Shown here: positions 20,527 to 29,228 of the stretch, one piece after another
How the letters are laid out: each line of letters opens with the position of its first letter
Numbering within the stretch: the first letter of the stretch is position 1
NCBI GenBank assembly: GCA_963716115.1
Contig: CAVQSZ010000021.1
Coordinates: forward strand, 36,779-100,778
Origin: an uncultured Alphaproteobacteria bacterium
Lineage (GTDB): Bacteria > Pseudomonadota > Alphaproteobacteria > ATCC43930 > CGMCC-115725
Direction of reading: 5' to 3'
Length of the DNA: 64,000 bases
Made by a program: the position numbers and the translations under genes
Notes under the pieces: generated by a model
What the model was told of the DNA's origin: nothing
Database searches by the model: none
What the model saw: the letters and a program-made list of their open reading frames with translations, nothing else

Positions 20527-21264
20527 TCACCGGCCCTTGTATCGCGGCTTGCGGCGTTCCTTGAAGGCGCGCACGCCTTCGGCGGCGTCCTCGCTGTCGC
20601 GCACCGCCATAAGCTCGGCGCCGAAGCGGGCGGCGAGCTCGGAGGGCCCCCGCGGCAGGATGTGCCCGGTGACGAAGCGCTTCATCGCCGCCAGCGCCAG
20701 CGGCGCCAGGTCGATGATCCTGCGCGCCATCGCCAGCGCCTCGTCGAGCTCGGTCCCGTCGGGCACGACGCGGTTGGCGAGCCCGACCTCATAGGCGCGC
20801 CGCGCCCCGATCGGCTCGCCCAGCAGCATCAATTCCATCGCGATCTTGTGCGGGATGCGGGCGGCCAGCCCGGCGATCATGCCGCCGGTGATCCCGACCT
20901 TGCCCTCGGGATAGGAGAATTTGGCGCTCTCGGAGGCGACCAGCAGATCGCACATCATCGCCATCACCAGCCCGCCGCCGATGCACCAGCCCGCGACCGC
21001 CGCGATGACCGGCTTTTCGGTGGCGATGCCGACGGTCGGCACGCAGCGCCACAGCTCGGGCAGGTCGGTCACGTCGGCCCCGGCCGAAAACGCCCGGCCG
21101 CCCGCGCCGGTCAGGATGGCGACGCGCTGCGCCGAGCGGTCGAACGCGGCGAACGCCGATTGCAGGTCGAGCGCAACCTGCTTGTTGATGGCGTTGAGCT
21201 TTTCCGGCCGGTTGATCGCCACGATGGTGACCGGGCCGCGCTCCTCGACGATGACGACGCTCAT
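20527..21264 (-). CDS. Enoyl-CoA hydratase/isomerase (crotonase) family protein
   Basis: INRPEKLNAI..GAGGRAFSAGADV..GWCIGGGL is typical of the crotonase fold. Confidence 0.85.
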   Translation of the reverse strand: MSVVIVEERGPVTIVAINRPEKLNAINKQVALDLQSAFAAFDRSAQRVAILTGAGGRAFSAGADVTDLPELWRCVPTVGIATEKPVIAAVAGWCIGGGLVMAMMCDLLVASESAKFSYPEGKVGITGGMIAGLAARIPHKIAMELMLLGEPIGARRAYEVGLANRVVPDGTELDEALAMARRIIDLAPLALAAMKRFVTGHILPRGPSELAARFGAELMAVRDSEDAAEGVRAFKERRKPRYKGR

Positions 21265-21349
21265 CTAATCCCCCCTTCGGCCGCGCCCCGATTAAACCCG
21301 AGCCGCCTCGCCTTGACAAATCTCGGGCGCGGCCGCCATCCTCGACGGC

Positions 21350-21559
21350 ATGAAACGGCTCATGATCATCTTCACCGCCATCGGCGCGCTGAGCGCCGGC
21401 TGCGCCGGCCCCAACCCCAACCGGGCGGCGGGCGGATCGGGTCAGGATTGCGCATCCTGCCAGATCGAGAACCCGGGCGACGTCTCGGTGTGCGAGAGGA
21501 TCTGCCACGAGCACGAGAGCGATCAGATGGGCGGCTGGGCGGGCGCCGTGCTGCATTGA
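21350..21559 (+). CDS. Small Cys/His-rich lipoprotein (69 aa), hypothetical
   Basis: MKRLMIIFTAIGALSAGC lipobox. The mature part contains CASC..x11..C..x3..C and HEHESD. Confidence 0.5.
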   Translation: MKRLMIIFTAIGALSAGCAGPNPNRAAGGSGQDCASCQIENPGDVSVCERICHEHESDQMGGWAGAVLH

Positions 21560-21615
21560 GGCGAAGGCGGCGCGGGGCCCGGTCGGCGTCGGATGCAATT
21601 CGGGAGGGACGATCG

Positions 21616-23265
21616 ATGCAGGTGATGAACGTCATTGCCGAGATCCTCAAGCGCGAGGGTGTCTCGACGCTGTTCTGCTTTCCGACGACGCCGATCATCG
21701 AGGCCGCCGCCGCGGTCGGGATCAAGCCGGTGATCTGCCGCCAGGAGCGGGTCGGCGTGCATATGGCCGACGGCTTCGCCCGCGTCGCCAACGGGCATCC
21801 GCCCGGCGTCTTTGCGATGCAGTACGGGCCGGGGGCCGAGAACGCGTTCGCCGGGGTCGCCACCGCCTTTTCCGATTCCTCGCCGGTCGTGTTCCTGCCG
21901 CTCGGGCACCCGCGCGAGACCGCGCAATTGTTCCCGATGTTCAAGTCGAGCCGCGCCTACGCCTCGATCACCAAGTCGGTCGAGGAGGTGCAATTGCCGC
22001 ACGAGGTCGCCAACATCATGCGGCGCGCCTTTTCGCAGGTGAAGAACGGGCGGCCGGGGCCGGTCATGGTCGAGGTGCCGGCCGACGTCACCGGCATCGA
22101 GGTCGAAATCGACCCGGCGCAGTACCGGCCGGTTCGCGCCAGCCGCTCGCAGGGCGACCCGCGCGACATCGACGAGGCGGCAAAGATGCTGCTCGAGGCC
22201 GCCTGCCCGATGATCCTGGTAGGCCAAGGCGTCTTTTATGCCGAGGCGACCGAGGAGCTGCGGCGGTGCGCCGAGCTGCTGCAGGCCCCGGTGATGACGA
22301 CATTCGACGGCAAGAGCGCCTTTCCTGAGGATCACGCGCTGGCGCTCGGATCGGGCGGCGGCACCTTCACCGGGCACGGCCGGCATTTCCTGCACAAATC
22401 CGATCTGGTGCTGGGCGTCGGCTGCAGCTTTACCCGGCACGGCATCGCCACCCCGGGATTGCCGCCCGGCAAGAAGTACATCCACCTGACCAACGACCCG
22501 CGCGACCTGCACAAGGCCTTTGCCGCCGATCTCGGAATTCTCGGCGACGCCAGGCTGGCGCTCGGCCAATTGATCGAGGCGGTCAAGGACCGGCTGGGCG
22601 GCAAGGAGCGCGCGAGCGGCGTCGCGCGGGAGATCGCCGGGAAGCGCGAGGAATGGCTCGCGCGCTGGGCGCCCAAGCTGCATTCGAACGAGAATCCGAT
22701 GACTCCCTACCGGGTGATCTCCGAGTTCATGCGCGTCGTCGACCCGGCCGAGGCGATCGTCACCCACGATTCCGGCAGCCCGCGCGAGCAGCTCAACCCG
22801 TTCTACCGGGCGACCCGGCCGCGCTCCTATCTGGGCTGGGGCAAGTCGCACCAGCTCGGCACCGGGCTCGGCCTCGTCATCGGGGCCAAGGTCGCCGCCC
22901 CCGACAAGTTCTGCGTCAACTTCATGGGCGACGCCGCCTTCGGCATGACCGGGCTCGATTTCGAGACGGCCGCGCGCTGCGGCATCCCGATCACCACGAT
23001 CGTCTTAAACAATTCGACGATGGCGATCGAGACGCATGCGATGCAGTTGTCGCACGAGCGCTACCGGGCGCGCGACCTCGGCGGCAACTACGCCAACATC
23101 GCCCGCGACCTCGGCGGCTGGAGCGAGCGGGTCGAGGATCCCTCGCAGATCGGCGACGCGATCCTGCGCGCCCGCCGGCAGAACGACGAGGGCCGCGCCG
23201 CCCTCCTCGAATTCGTCACCAGCCAGGAGCAGGGCTTCTCGCACCGCCGCGGCGGCCCCGAATAG
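21616..23265 (+). CDS. Thiamine-diphosphate-dependent enzyme (acetolactate synthase large-subunit-like)
   Basis: ATG after gggaggga. N-terminal Pyr domain (GVSTLFCFPTTP..HMADGFAR) and C-terminal PP domain (GDAAFGMTGLDFETA..NNS). The upstream 318 codons of the track ORF are antisense shadow of the crotonase gene. Confidence 0.85.
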   Translation: MQVMNVIAEILKREGVSTLFCFPTTPIIEAAAAVGIKPVICRQERVGVHMADGFARVANGHPPGVFAMQYGPGAENAFAGVATAFSDSSPVVFLPLGHPRETAQLFPMFKSSRAYASITKSVEEVQLPHEVANIMRRAFSQVKNGRPGPVMVEVPADVTGIEVEIDPAQYRPVRASRSQGDPRDIDEAAKMLLEAACPMILVGQGVFYAEATEELRRCAELLQAPVMTTFDGKSAFPEDHALALGSGGGTFTGHGRHFLHKSDLVLGVGCSFTRHGIATPGLPPGKKYIHLTNDPRDLHKAFAADLGILGDARLALGQLIEAVKDRLGGKERASGVAREIAGKREEWLARWAPKLHSNENPMTPYRVISEFMRVVDPAEAIVTHDSGSPREQLNPFYRATRPRSYLGWGKSHQLGTGLGLVIGAKVAAPDKFCVNFMGDAAFGMTGLDFETAARCGIPITTIVLNNSTMAIETHAMQLSHERYRARDLGGNYANIARDLGGWSERVEDPSQIGDAILRARRQNDEGRAALLEFVTSQEQGFSHRRGGPE

Positions 23266-23492
23266 GGCGGAGGCATTCGCGCACGAGGCTTCCCGCCCTG
23301 CCTCCTGAAGCACGCTGGCGGCGAACGGCGCGCCGCGGAACCTCCTTCCGATCTGCGCCTGACGACGATCCACGGCGCCGCTGCGGGGAGCGGCGGCTGA
23401 GCCTCGGGCCGCCGATGTCGTTCTTGCCGCTTGTCGGATAATCTGCCGGGCTGTTGCATCGGCCGCGCGTTTTTGTTCGACGGAGGGGAACC

Positions 23493-24431
23493 ATGCCGCC
23501 GCGTATCGGATATCTGCTGCCGACCCGGGAGGCTGTCATGCGCGGCCGCCCGGAGACGGCGCCGTTGCTGGCGCTGGCGGAGCGGGCGGAAGCGCTGGGG
23601 CTCGCTTCGGTGTGGGTCGGCGATTCGCTGCTGTCGCGGCCCCGGCACGACCCGCTGACCCTGCTCGCCGCCGCGGCCGCGCGGACGCGCAGGGTGATGC
23701 TCGGCACCGCGGTCTTTCTGCCGGCGTTGCGCAACCCGGTGGTGCTGGCGCACCAGCTCGCCACCCTCGACCAGATCAGCGAGGGGCGGCTCGTGCTCGG
23801 GGCCGGGATCGCCAGCGACGCGCCGAGCATCCGCGCCGAGTTCGCCGCCGCCGGGGTGCCGTGGGAAGGCCGCGTCGGCACGATGATGGAGGGCCTGCGG
23901 CTCGCCCGCGCGCTGTGGGCCGGCGAGCCGGTCGACTGGGACGGCCGCTGGAAGGTCGCGGCCGGCGTCCTGGGGCCGACGCCGTATCGCGCCCACGGCC
24001 CGCCGATCTGGATGGCCGGCTCGGTGCGGCCGGCGCTCGAACGCGCGGGAAAATACTTCGACGGCTGGTTCGCCAACGAGGCCGACCTCGGGCGCTGGGC
24101 CGGGCAGCTGGCCGAGGTGCGCGAGATCGTCCACGCCGCCGGGCGCGACCCCGCCGACTTCACGGCCGCGGTCTACATGACCTTGGCGATCGACGAGGAT
24201 GCAGGCCGCGCCGACCGGGCGATCGACGCCTTCCTCGAAAGCTATTATTCGCGCCCGGCGGCGGAGCTGCGCCGACGGCAGGCCTGCTTCGGCGGCCCGA
24301 AGGCCGCGGCGGCGGATTATCTGCGGAGCTACGCCGACGCCGGCGCCGACCACCTGATCGTGCGCTTCACCGGCGAGCACGAGCGCAACCTCGACACCCT
24401 GACGGCGCTGCGCGCCGAGCTCGGGTGGTGA
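23493..24431 (+). CDS. Luciferase-like (LLM class, F420-type) oxidoreductase
   Basis: GLASVWVGDSLL..LGTAVFLPALRNPVVLAHQLATLDQISEGRLVLGAG. ATG follows ggagggg. Confidence 0.8.
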   Translation: MPPRIGYLLPTREAVMRGRPETAPLLALAERAEALGLASVWVGDSLLSRPRHDPLTLLAAAAARTRRVMLGTAVFLPALRNPVVLAHQLATLDQISEGRLVLGAGIASDAPSIRAEFAAAGVPWEGRVGTMMEGLRLARALWAGEPVDWDGRWKVAAGVLGPTPYRAHGPPIWMAGSVRPALERAGKYFDGWFANEADLGRWAGQLAEVREIVHAAGRDPADFTAAVYMTLAIDEDAGRADRAIDAFLESYYSRPAAELRRRQACFGGPKAAAADYLRSYADAGADHLIVRFTGEHERNLDTLTALRAELGW

Positions 24432-24434
24432 GCC

Positions 24435-24944
24435 GTGCGCCGTCTCGTCCTCCTCGCCATCGCCGCGCTGGCGCTCTGCCCGGCGGCGTCGGCGCAGCAG
24501 CCGAGCCAGGCCCAGGCGGACGCGATCCGCCAGGCCTGCCGCGGCGATTACCAGGCGCATTGCATGGGGGTGCCGACCGGCGGCTCGGCGGCGCTCGCCT
24601 GCCTGAAGAACGCGCAAGGCCTGTCGGCGCCCTGCCGGCAGGCGGTTGACGCGGCGGGCGGCGGCCCCTCCTCCACCCCGGCGGCCAGGGCCCCGGCGGC
24701 CCCGCCGCCTTCCGGCGCGGCGCCGCAATCGTCCCGCGCCGCAGCACCGCCGCCGGCGATGGCGCCGATGCCGTCGCGGCCGGAGGCGATGCCGGTGCGC
24801 GAGGCCTGCGCCGGCGACTACCGATATTTCTGCCGCGGCGTGCCGCCGGGCGGCGGCCGGGCGCTCGCCTGCCTGCGGGAAAACGCCGGCGGGCTGTCGC
24901 GGCAGTGCCGCCGGGCGCTGCTCGCCGCCCGCTACGGGCGTTAG
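24435..24944 (+). CDS. Secreted cysteine-rich repeat protein (two C-x3-Y/C..C..GG..AL.CL..N...LS..C modules)
   Basis: Signal peptide MRRLVLLAIAALALCPAASA. The two modules (ACRGDYQAHCMGVPTGGSAALACLKNAQGLSAPCRQA and ACAGDYRYFCRGVPPGGGRALACLRENAGGLSRQCRRA) are separated by a Pro/Ala linker. Confidence 0.65.
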   Translation: MRRLVLLAIAALALCPAASAQQPSQAQADAIRQACRGDYQAHCMGVPTGGSAALACLKNAQGLSAPCRQAVDAAGGGPSSTPAARAPAAPPPSGAAPQSSRAAAPPPAMAPMPSRPEAMPVREACAGDYRYFCRGVPPGGGRALACLRENAGGLSRQCRRALLAARYGR

Positions 24945-24952
24945 GCCCGCGC

Positions 24953-25309
24953 TCAGCCGCGCAGCATCAGCTGCAGGCGATGCCCGTCGGGGTCCTCGAA
25001 ATAGATGCAGCGATCCTGTCCCGGGCGGCCATGCACCGCCACGCCGTGTCGCTCCAGCTCGGCCTTCAGCGTCTCGTAGCTCCCGGATGCGACGTTGAGG
25101 GCGAGGTGGTTGAGGTCGTTCCCCTTGGTCAAGGGGCTGCCGTCGCGCTTTTTAAACAGGGCCACCCCTTGCCGGCCGGCATGCATGAAAACCTGGCCGT
25201 CATCCTCGCGGTAGACGGTCATGCCGAGAATGTCGGTGTAGAACGCCTTCGATCGCGGCACATCGTCGACGTGCAGCACGATGTGGTCGACCCCGCTGGT
25301 GTGGATCAT
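24953..25309 (-). CDS. VOC/glyoxalase-family protein
   Basis: VDHIVLHVDDVPRSKAFYTDILGM..NHLALNV..IYFEDPDGHRLQL. ATG follows gggaggag. Confidence 0.8.
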   Translation of the reverse strand: MIHTSGVDHIVLHVDDVPRSKAFYTDILGMTVYREDDGQVFMHAGRQGVALFKKRDGSPLTKGNDLNHLALNVASGSYETLKAELERHGVAVHGRPGQDRCIYFEDPDGHRLQLMLRG

Positions 25310-25590
25310 CGGCTCCTCCCTTGCGCTGTTGCGGCGCATGCCGCCAGCGCGCCCCGAGCATTCCCGGCGATCCCGCGCCTGTCAACCATGCGCCGCGCCG
25401 GCCAATTTTCGCGTTCATGCGCGGTCGCCATATCGCCGTAGGCAATTGCCTGCCTCGCGGATTCGCCGTAAGTTATTCTACCTGTCGCCGGTCGGTTCGG
25501 ATGTGACAACAGGGTGGCGGCGTCGCCCAGGCGCTGCGCGGCGCTCGGGTGTGGCATGGGACAACAACGTCGTATGGAGGGCAAATCGTC

Positions 25591-26133
25591 ATGAAGAGGA
25601 ACTCGTCGGTCATCAAAGGATCAATCGCGGCGGCCGCGATCCCGCTCGCCGCGCTGCTCTTGTCCGCCTGCGTCTCGCAAAGCCAATACGATGCGGTCGT
25701 GGCGGAGAACCAGCAGCTGAAGGCGCAGCTGTCGCAGTCGCAGGCGGAGCAGAAGTTTGTCGTCGCCGACGACGCGTTGTTCCCATCAGGCGGGTATCAG
25801 CTCACCGCCCAGGGCCAGCAGGCGCTCATGAGCCTGGTCCCGAAGCTGACGGGCCTGCAGAACGCCAAGATCGTGGTCTACGGCTACACCGACAACACGC
25901 CGATCGGGCCTGAGCTGCAGCGCATGGGCATCGCCAACAACCTCGACCTGTCGACCCGGCGCGCCGCCACGGTTGCGAGCTTCCTCGTCTCGCAAGGCGT
26001 CAACCCCAACATCACCTCGGCCAAAGGGTTCGGCGACACCCATCCGGTCGCCTCGAACGACACGCCGCAAGGCCGCGCGCAGAACCGCCGCATCGAAATC
26101 ACGATCCAAGGGCCCGGCGCGCCCGGCGCCTGA
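25591..26133 (+). CDS. OmpA-family peptidoglycan-associated lipoprotein
   Basis: Lipobox LLLSAC, a short coiled-coil, then the OmpA_C motif GYTDNTPIG..NLDLSTRRAATVASFL..NRRIEI. Confidence 0.8.
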   Translation: MKRNSSVIKGSIAAAAIPLAALLLSACVSQSQYDAVVAENQQLKAQLSQSQAEQKFVVADDALFPSGGYQLTAQGQQALMSLVPKLTGLQNAKIVVYGYTDNTPIGPELQRMGIANNLDLSTRRAATVASFLVSQGVNPNITSAKGFGDTHPVASNDTPQGRAQNRRIEITIQGPGAPGA

Positions 26134-26277
26134 CCGTCGCGCCATCGCCGCCGGCCATCTCGGACCGGCGGCGTTCGACGGCCGACACGTAAAAAAAGAG
26201 AGGCGCGGGCCATCGCCGCCAGGAGCCGGGATCGAGTATCCTGGCGGTGGAGCTGCCCATGTGAGCGTGAGCGCACG

Positions 26278-27945
26278 GTGAACATCGTCCGCCGCAATCG
26301 AGGCGCCAGGGCGGCGCCGGCCGTGCTTCGCCGCGCGCCCGAGCGACGCGCCCGGCGCTTTGCGGTTGTCGCGCTGCTGGCGCTGCCTTGCGCCGGTTGC
26401 CTTGTCGGCCCCGATTTCTCGTCGCCTTCGGCGCCGGTCGCCCTGAAGTACCTCGAGGCGAGCAACCCCGCGGTCAAGCCCGGCGACCCGCTCTACCGCG
26501 ACTGGTGGAAGGTGTTTCACGACCCGGTCCTCGATCGGCTGATCGAGACCGCCTATGCGCAGAACCTGACCCTGGTCAGCGCCGGCGCGCGGGTGCTGGC
26601 GGCGCGCGCGGAATTGGGGGTGGCGATCGGCGAGTTCTACCCGCAGCTGCAGACGGGGTCGGGCTCGCTGACCTACGACCGCACCAGCCATGCCGACCCG
26701 ACGGCGAGCCCGACCGCGCAGCTGTCGAATTTCTGGCGCGCCTCGCTCGGCGGCAACGTCAATTGGGAACTGGATTTCTGGGGCAAGTTTCGCCGCGGCA
26801 TCGAATCGGCCGACGCCGCCTACCTCGCCTCGATCGCCAGCTACGACGACGTGCTCGTGACGCTGCTGGGCGACGTCGCGACGACCTATATCGGCATCCG
26901 CACCCTGGAGCGGCAGATCGAGATCGCGCGCGACAACATCGTCAAGCAAAAGAAGGCGCTCGCCATCGCCGAGGCGCGCTACCGGGGCGGGGTCGCGACC
27001 AAGCTCGATGTCTATCAGGCGCAGAACGTCCTCGGCCAGACCGAGTCGACGATCCCGCAATTGACGATCCAATTGAAGCAGGGGCTGAACGCGTTGCGCG
27101 TGCTCTTGGGGATGGCCCCGCAGCCGCTCGACGATTTGCTGCGGGGGTCGAGCGGCATCCCGGTGCCGCCGAGCGGCGTGGCGGTCGGCATCCCGGCCGA
27201 TCTCGTCCGCCGCCGCCCCGACATCCGCGCCGCCGAGCTGGCGGCGGCGGCGCAAAGCGCGCAGATCGGCATCGCCCAGGCCGACCTCTATCCCGCCTTC
27301 AGCCTGCTCGGCACCTTCGGCAGCGTGTCGAGCAACATCAACGGCAACCGGCTGAAGGAGCTGTTCGAGGGCAAGGGCATCACCTTCGGCTTCGGCCCGT
27401 CCTTTCAGTGGAACATCCTCAATTACGGGCAGATCACCAACTCGGTCAGGGTCGAGGACGCCAAATTGCAGGGGCTGCTGGTCGACTATCAGAACGCCGT
27501 GCTGAAGGCGCAGCAGCAGGTCGAGAACGGGCTGGCGACCTTTGTCTACTCGCGCGAGCAGGTCGCCGATCTGCGGCGCAGCGTCGCCGCCGCCAACGCC
27601 GCGCTCGGCCTCGCCTTTCTGCAATACCAGCTGGGGACGCGGGACTTCACCACGGTGTTGACCGCCGAGCAAAACCTCTACACGGCGCAGAACAGCCTCG
27701 CCGAGGCTTCCGGCTCGGTATCGACCGGGCTGGCGTCGGTCTATCGGGCGTCTGGGGGGCGGATGGCAGATCCGAGACGGCAACGAATTCGTGCCCGCCG
27801 CGACCCGCGACGAGATGCGGGCGCGGACCAACTGGGGCGAGCTGCTGCCGCCGGCCGGCGAGCCGCAGCCCGAGGCGCCGGGGCTGCCCACCCCCGCCGA
27901 TGCGAGCTCGCGGGTCCGGGCGCCCCAATGGTGAGGCCGCGGTGA
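26278..27945 (+). CDS. RND efflux outer-membrane factor lipoprotein (NodT family); conserved C-terminus shifted to another frame
   Basis: Lipobox LALPCAGC and the NodT pattern. After ..YRASGG the family-typical end GWQIRDGNEFVPAATRDEM..RAPQW-stop (27934) is in the +1 frame, following a G6 run at 27754-27759. Confidence 0.8.
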   Translation: MNIVRRNRGARAAPAVLRRAPERRARRFAVVALLALPCAGCLVGPDFSSPSAPVALKYLEASNPAVKPGDPLYRDWWKVFHDPVLDRLIETAYAQNLTLVSAGARVLAARAELGVAIGEFYPQLQTGSGSLTYDRTSHADPTASPTAQLSNFWRASLGGNVNWELDFWGKFRRGIESADAAYLASIASYDDVLVTLLGDVATTYIGIRTLERQIEIARDNIVKQKKALAIAEARYRGGVATKLDVYQAQNVLGQTESTIPQLTIQLKQGLNALRVLLGMAPQPLDDLLRGSSGIPVPPSGVAVGIPADLVRRRPDIRAAELAAAAQSAQIGIAQADLYPAFSLLGTFGSVSSNINGNRLKELFEGKGITFGFGPSFQWNILNYGQITNSVRVEDAKLQGLLVDYQNAVLKAQQQVENGLATFVYSREQVADLRRSVAAANAALGLAFLQYQLGTRDFTTVLTAEQNLYTAQNSLAEASGSVSTGLASVYRASGGRMADPRRQRIRARRDPRRDAGADQLGRAAAAGRRAAARGAGAAHPRRCELAGPGAPMVRPR

Positions 27946-29180
27946 AGAACCCCCTCGCCCGGTGGCCGCTCGCCCTCGCCGGCTGCGCCGTGGCGCTGGC
28001 CGCTCTGGCCGGCTACGGCGCGGTCAAGACCTGGAGCGCAAAGCCGATCGAGGCCGCGGCGGCGGCGGTGCCCAAGCCGCCCTCGGCGCCGCCCGTCGCT
28101 TCGCCGGCGACGCCGGCGCAGGCTTCGCCCCAGCCCGCTCCGCCCGTCTCGGTCGTCCTGCCCAAGACCGAGAGCGTCACCAACTACGTCGAGGTCACCG
28201 GCAACGCCGCGGCGGTCAACGCGGTCAAGCTGGTGGCGCGGGTCGAGGGCTATCTCGACAAGCAGCATTACGAGGACGGGGCCAGGGTGCGAAAGGGCGA
28301 TCTCCTGTTCACGATCCAGCAGGACCAGTACAAGTATTCGCTGGAGCAGGCCCAGTCGCAGCTGCTGATCGCCCAGGCCTCGCTGATCTACGCCAAGACC
28401 GAGTTCGCCCGCTATACCGCGCTCGTCAAAAAGGACGCCGCGACCCAGACCGAGGTCGACCATTGGAATTTCGAGCGGGCGAGCGCCGAGGCGCAGATCC
28501 TCAATGCCCAGGCGCAGGTCGGGCTCGCCAAGCTCAACCTCTCCTATACCGAGGTCAGGGCGCCGTTCGACGGCATCGTCGGCAAGCACCTGATCGATCC
28601 CGGCAACCTCGTCGGCGGCGGCGGGCAGCAGAGCGCGCTCGCCGAGATCACCCAGCTCGACCCGATCTACGTGGTCGCCAATTTGAGCGAGCAGGACGTC
28701 CTGAAGATCCGGCAGAATCTGGGCCAGCATCGCCTGACCCTGGCCGATCTGCACAAGGTGCCGGTCGATGTCGGCCTGTCCGACGAAACCGGGTTCCCGC
28801 ACCGCGGCACGATCCAGTACGTGGCGCCCGCGCTCGACCCGGCGACCGGGACGCTGCTGGTGCGCGGCATCCTCGCCAACCCGGACCTGACCCTGGTGCC
28901 GGGGTTTTTCGTGCGGATGCGTCTGCCGATGGCCAAGGTCGACCGCAACGCTTTGCTGGTCCCGGACCGGGCCTTGCAGCAGGATCAGGGCGGCCGCTAT
29001 CTGCTGGTCCTCGACAAGGACAATGTGGTCACTCAGCGCTATGTCCAGCTCGGCGAGCTGCAAGGCGCGCTCCGGGTCGTCACCGGGGGGCTCAAGCCCG
29101 ACGACCGGGTTGTCGTCGGCGATTTGTGGCGCGCCACCCCCGGCACGAAGGTCACGCCGCGGCTGACCACGATCGACTGA
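27942..29180 (+). CDS. RND efflux periplasmic adaptor (membrane fusion protein)
   Basis: GTG start. Has the HlyD/MFP pattern (VTGNAAAVNAVKLVARVEGYL..GDLLFTI..YTEVRAPFDGIVG). Confidence 0.85.
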   Translation: MKNPLARWPLALAGCAVALAALAGYGAVKTWSAKPIEAAAAAVPKPPSAPPVASPATPAQASPQPAPPVSVVLPKTESVTNYVEVTGNAAAVNAVKLVARVEGYLDKQHYEDGARVRKGDLLFTIQQDQYKYSLEQAQSQLLIAQASLIYAKTEFARYTALVKKDAATQTEVDHWNFERASAEAQILNAQAQVGLAKLNLSYTEVRAPFDGIVGKHLIDPGNLVGGGGQQSALAEITQLDPIYVVANLSEQDVLKIRQNLGQHRLTLADLHKVPVDVGLSDETGFPHRGTIQYVAPALDPATGTLLVRGILANPDLTLVPGFFVRMRLPMAKVDRNALLVPDRALQQDQGGRYLLVLDKDNVVTQRYVQLGELQGALRVVTGGLKPDDRVVVGDLWRATPGTKVTPRLTTID

Positions 29181-29228
29181 CAAGGGCGCCCGCCGGCCCG
29201 GCGGGCGCGACCGCTGCGGGTCCGAGCC

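Noticed and set aside
20662-23265. 867-aa ORF as one protein
   Set aside because: The first 318 codons are antisense shadow of the crotonase gene and the intergenic region. The ThDP-enzyme homology and a good RBS begin at ATG 21616.
27754-27759. G6 run as a phase-variation switch for the efflux OMF
   Set aside because: The tract is shorter than typical contingency-locus homopolymers. Similar indels occur in unrelated cytoplasmic genes in this window, so assembly error is more likely.
26388-29180. 930-aa ORF as one protein
   Set aside because: Only the last 412 codons (from GTG 27942) have membrane-fusion-protein features. The upstream part is an alternative frame of the OMF gene.
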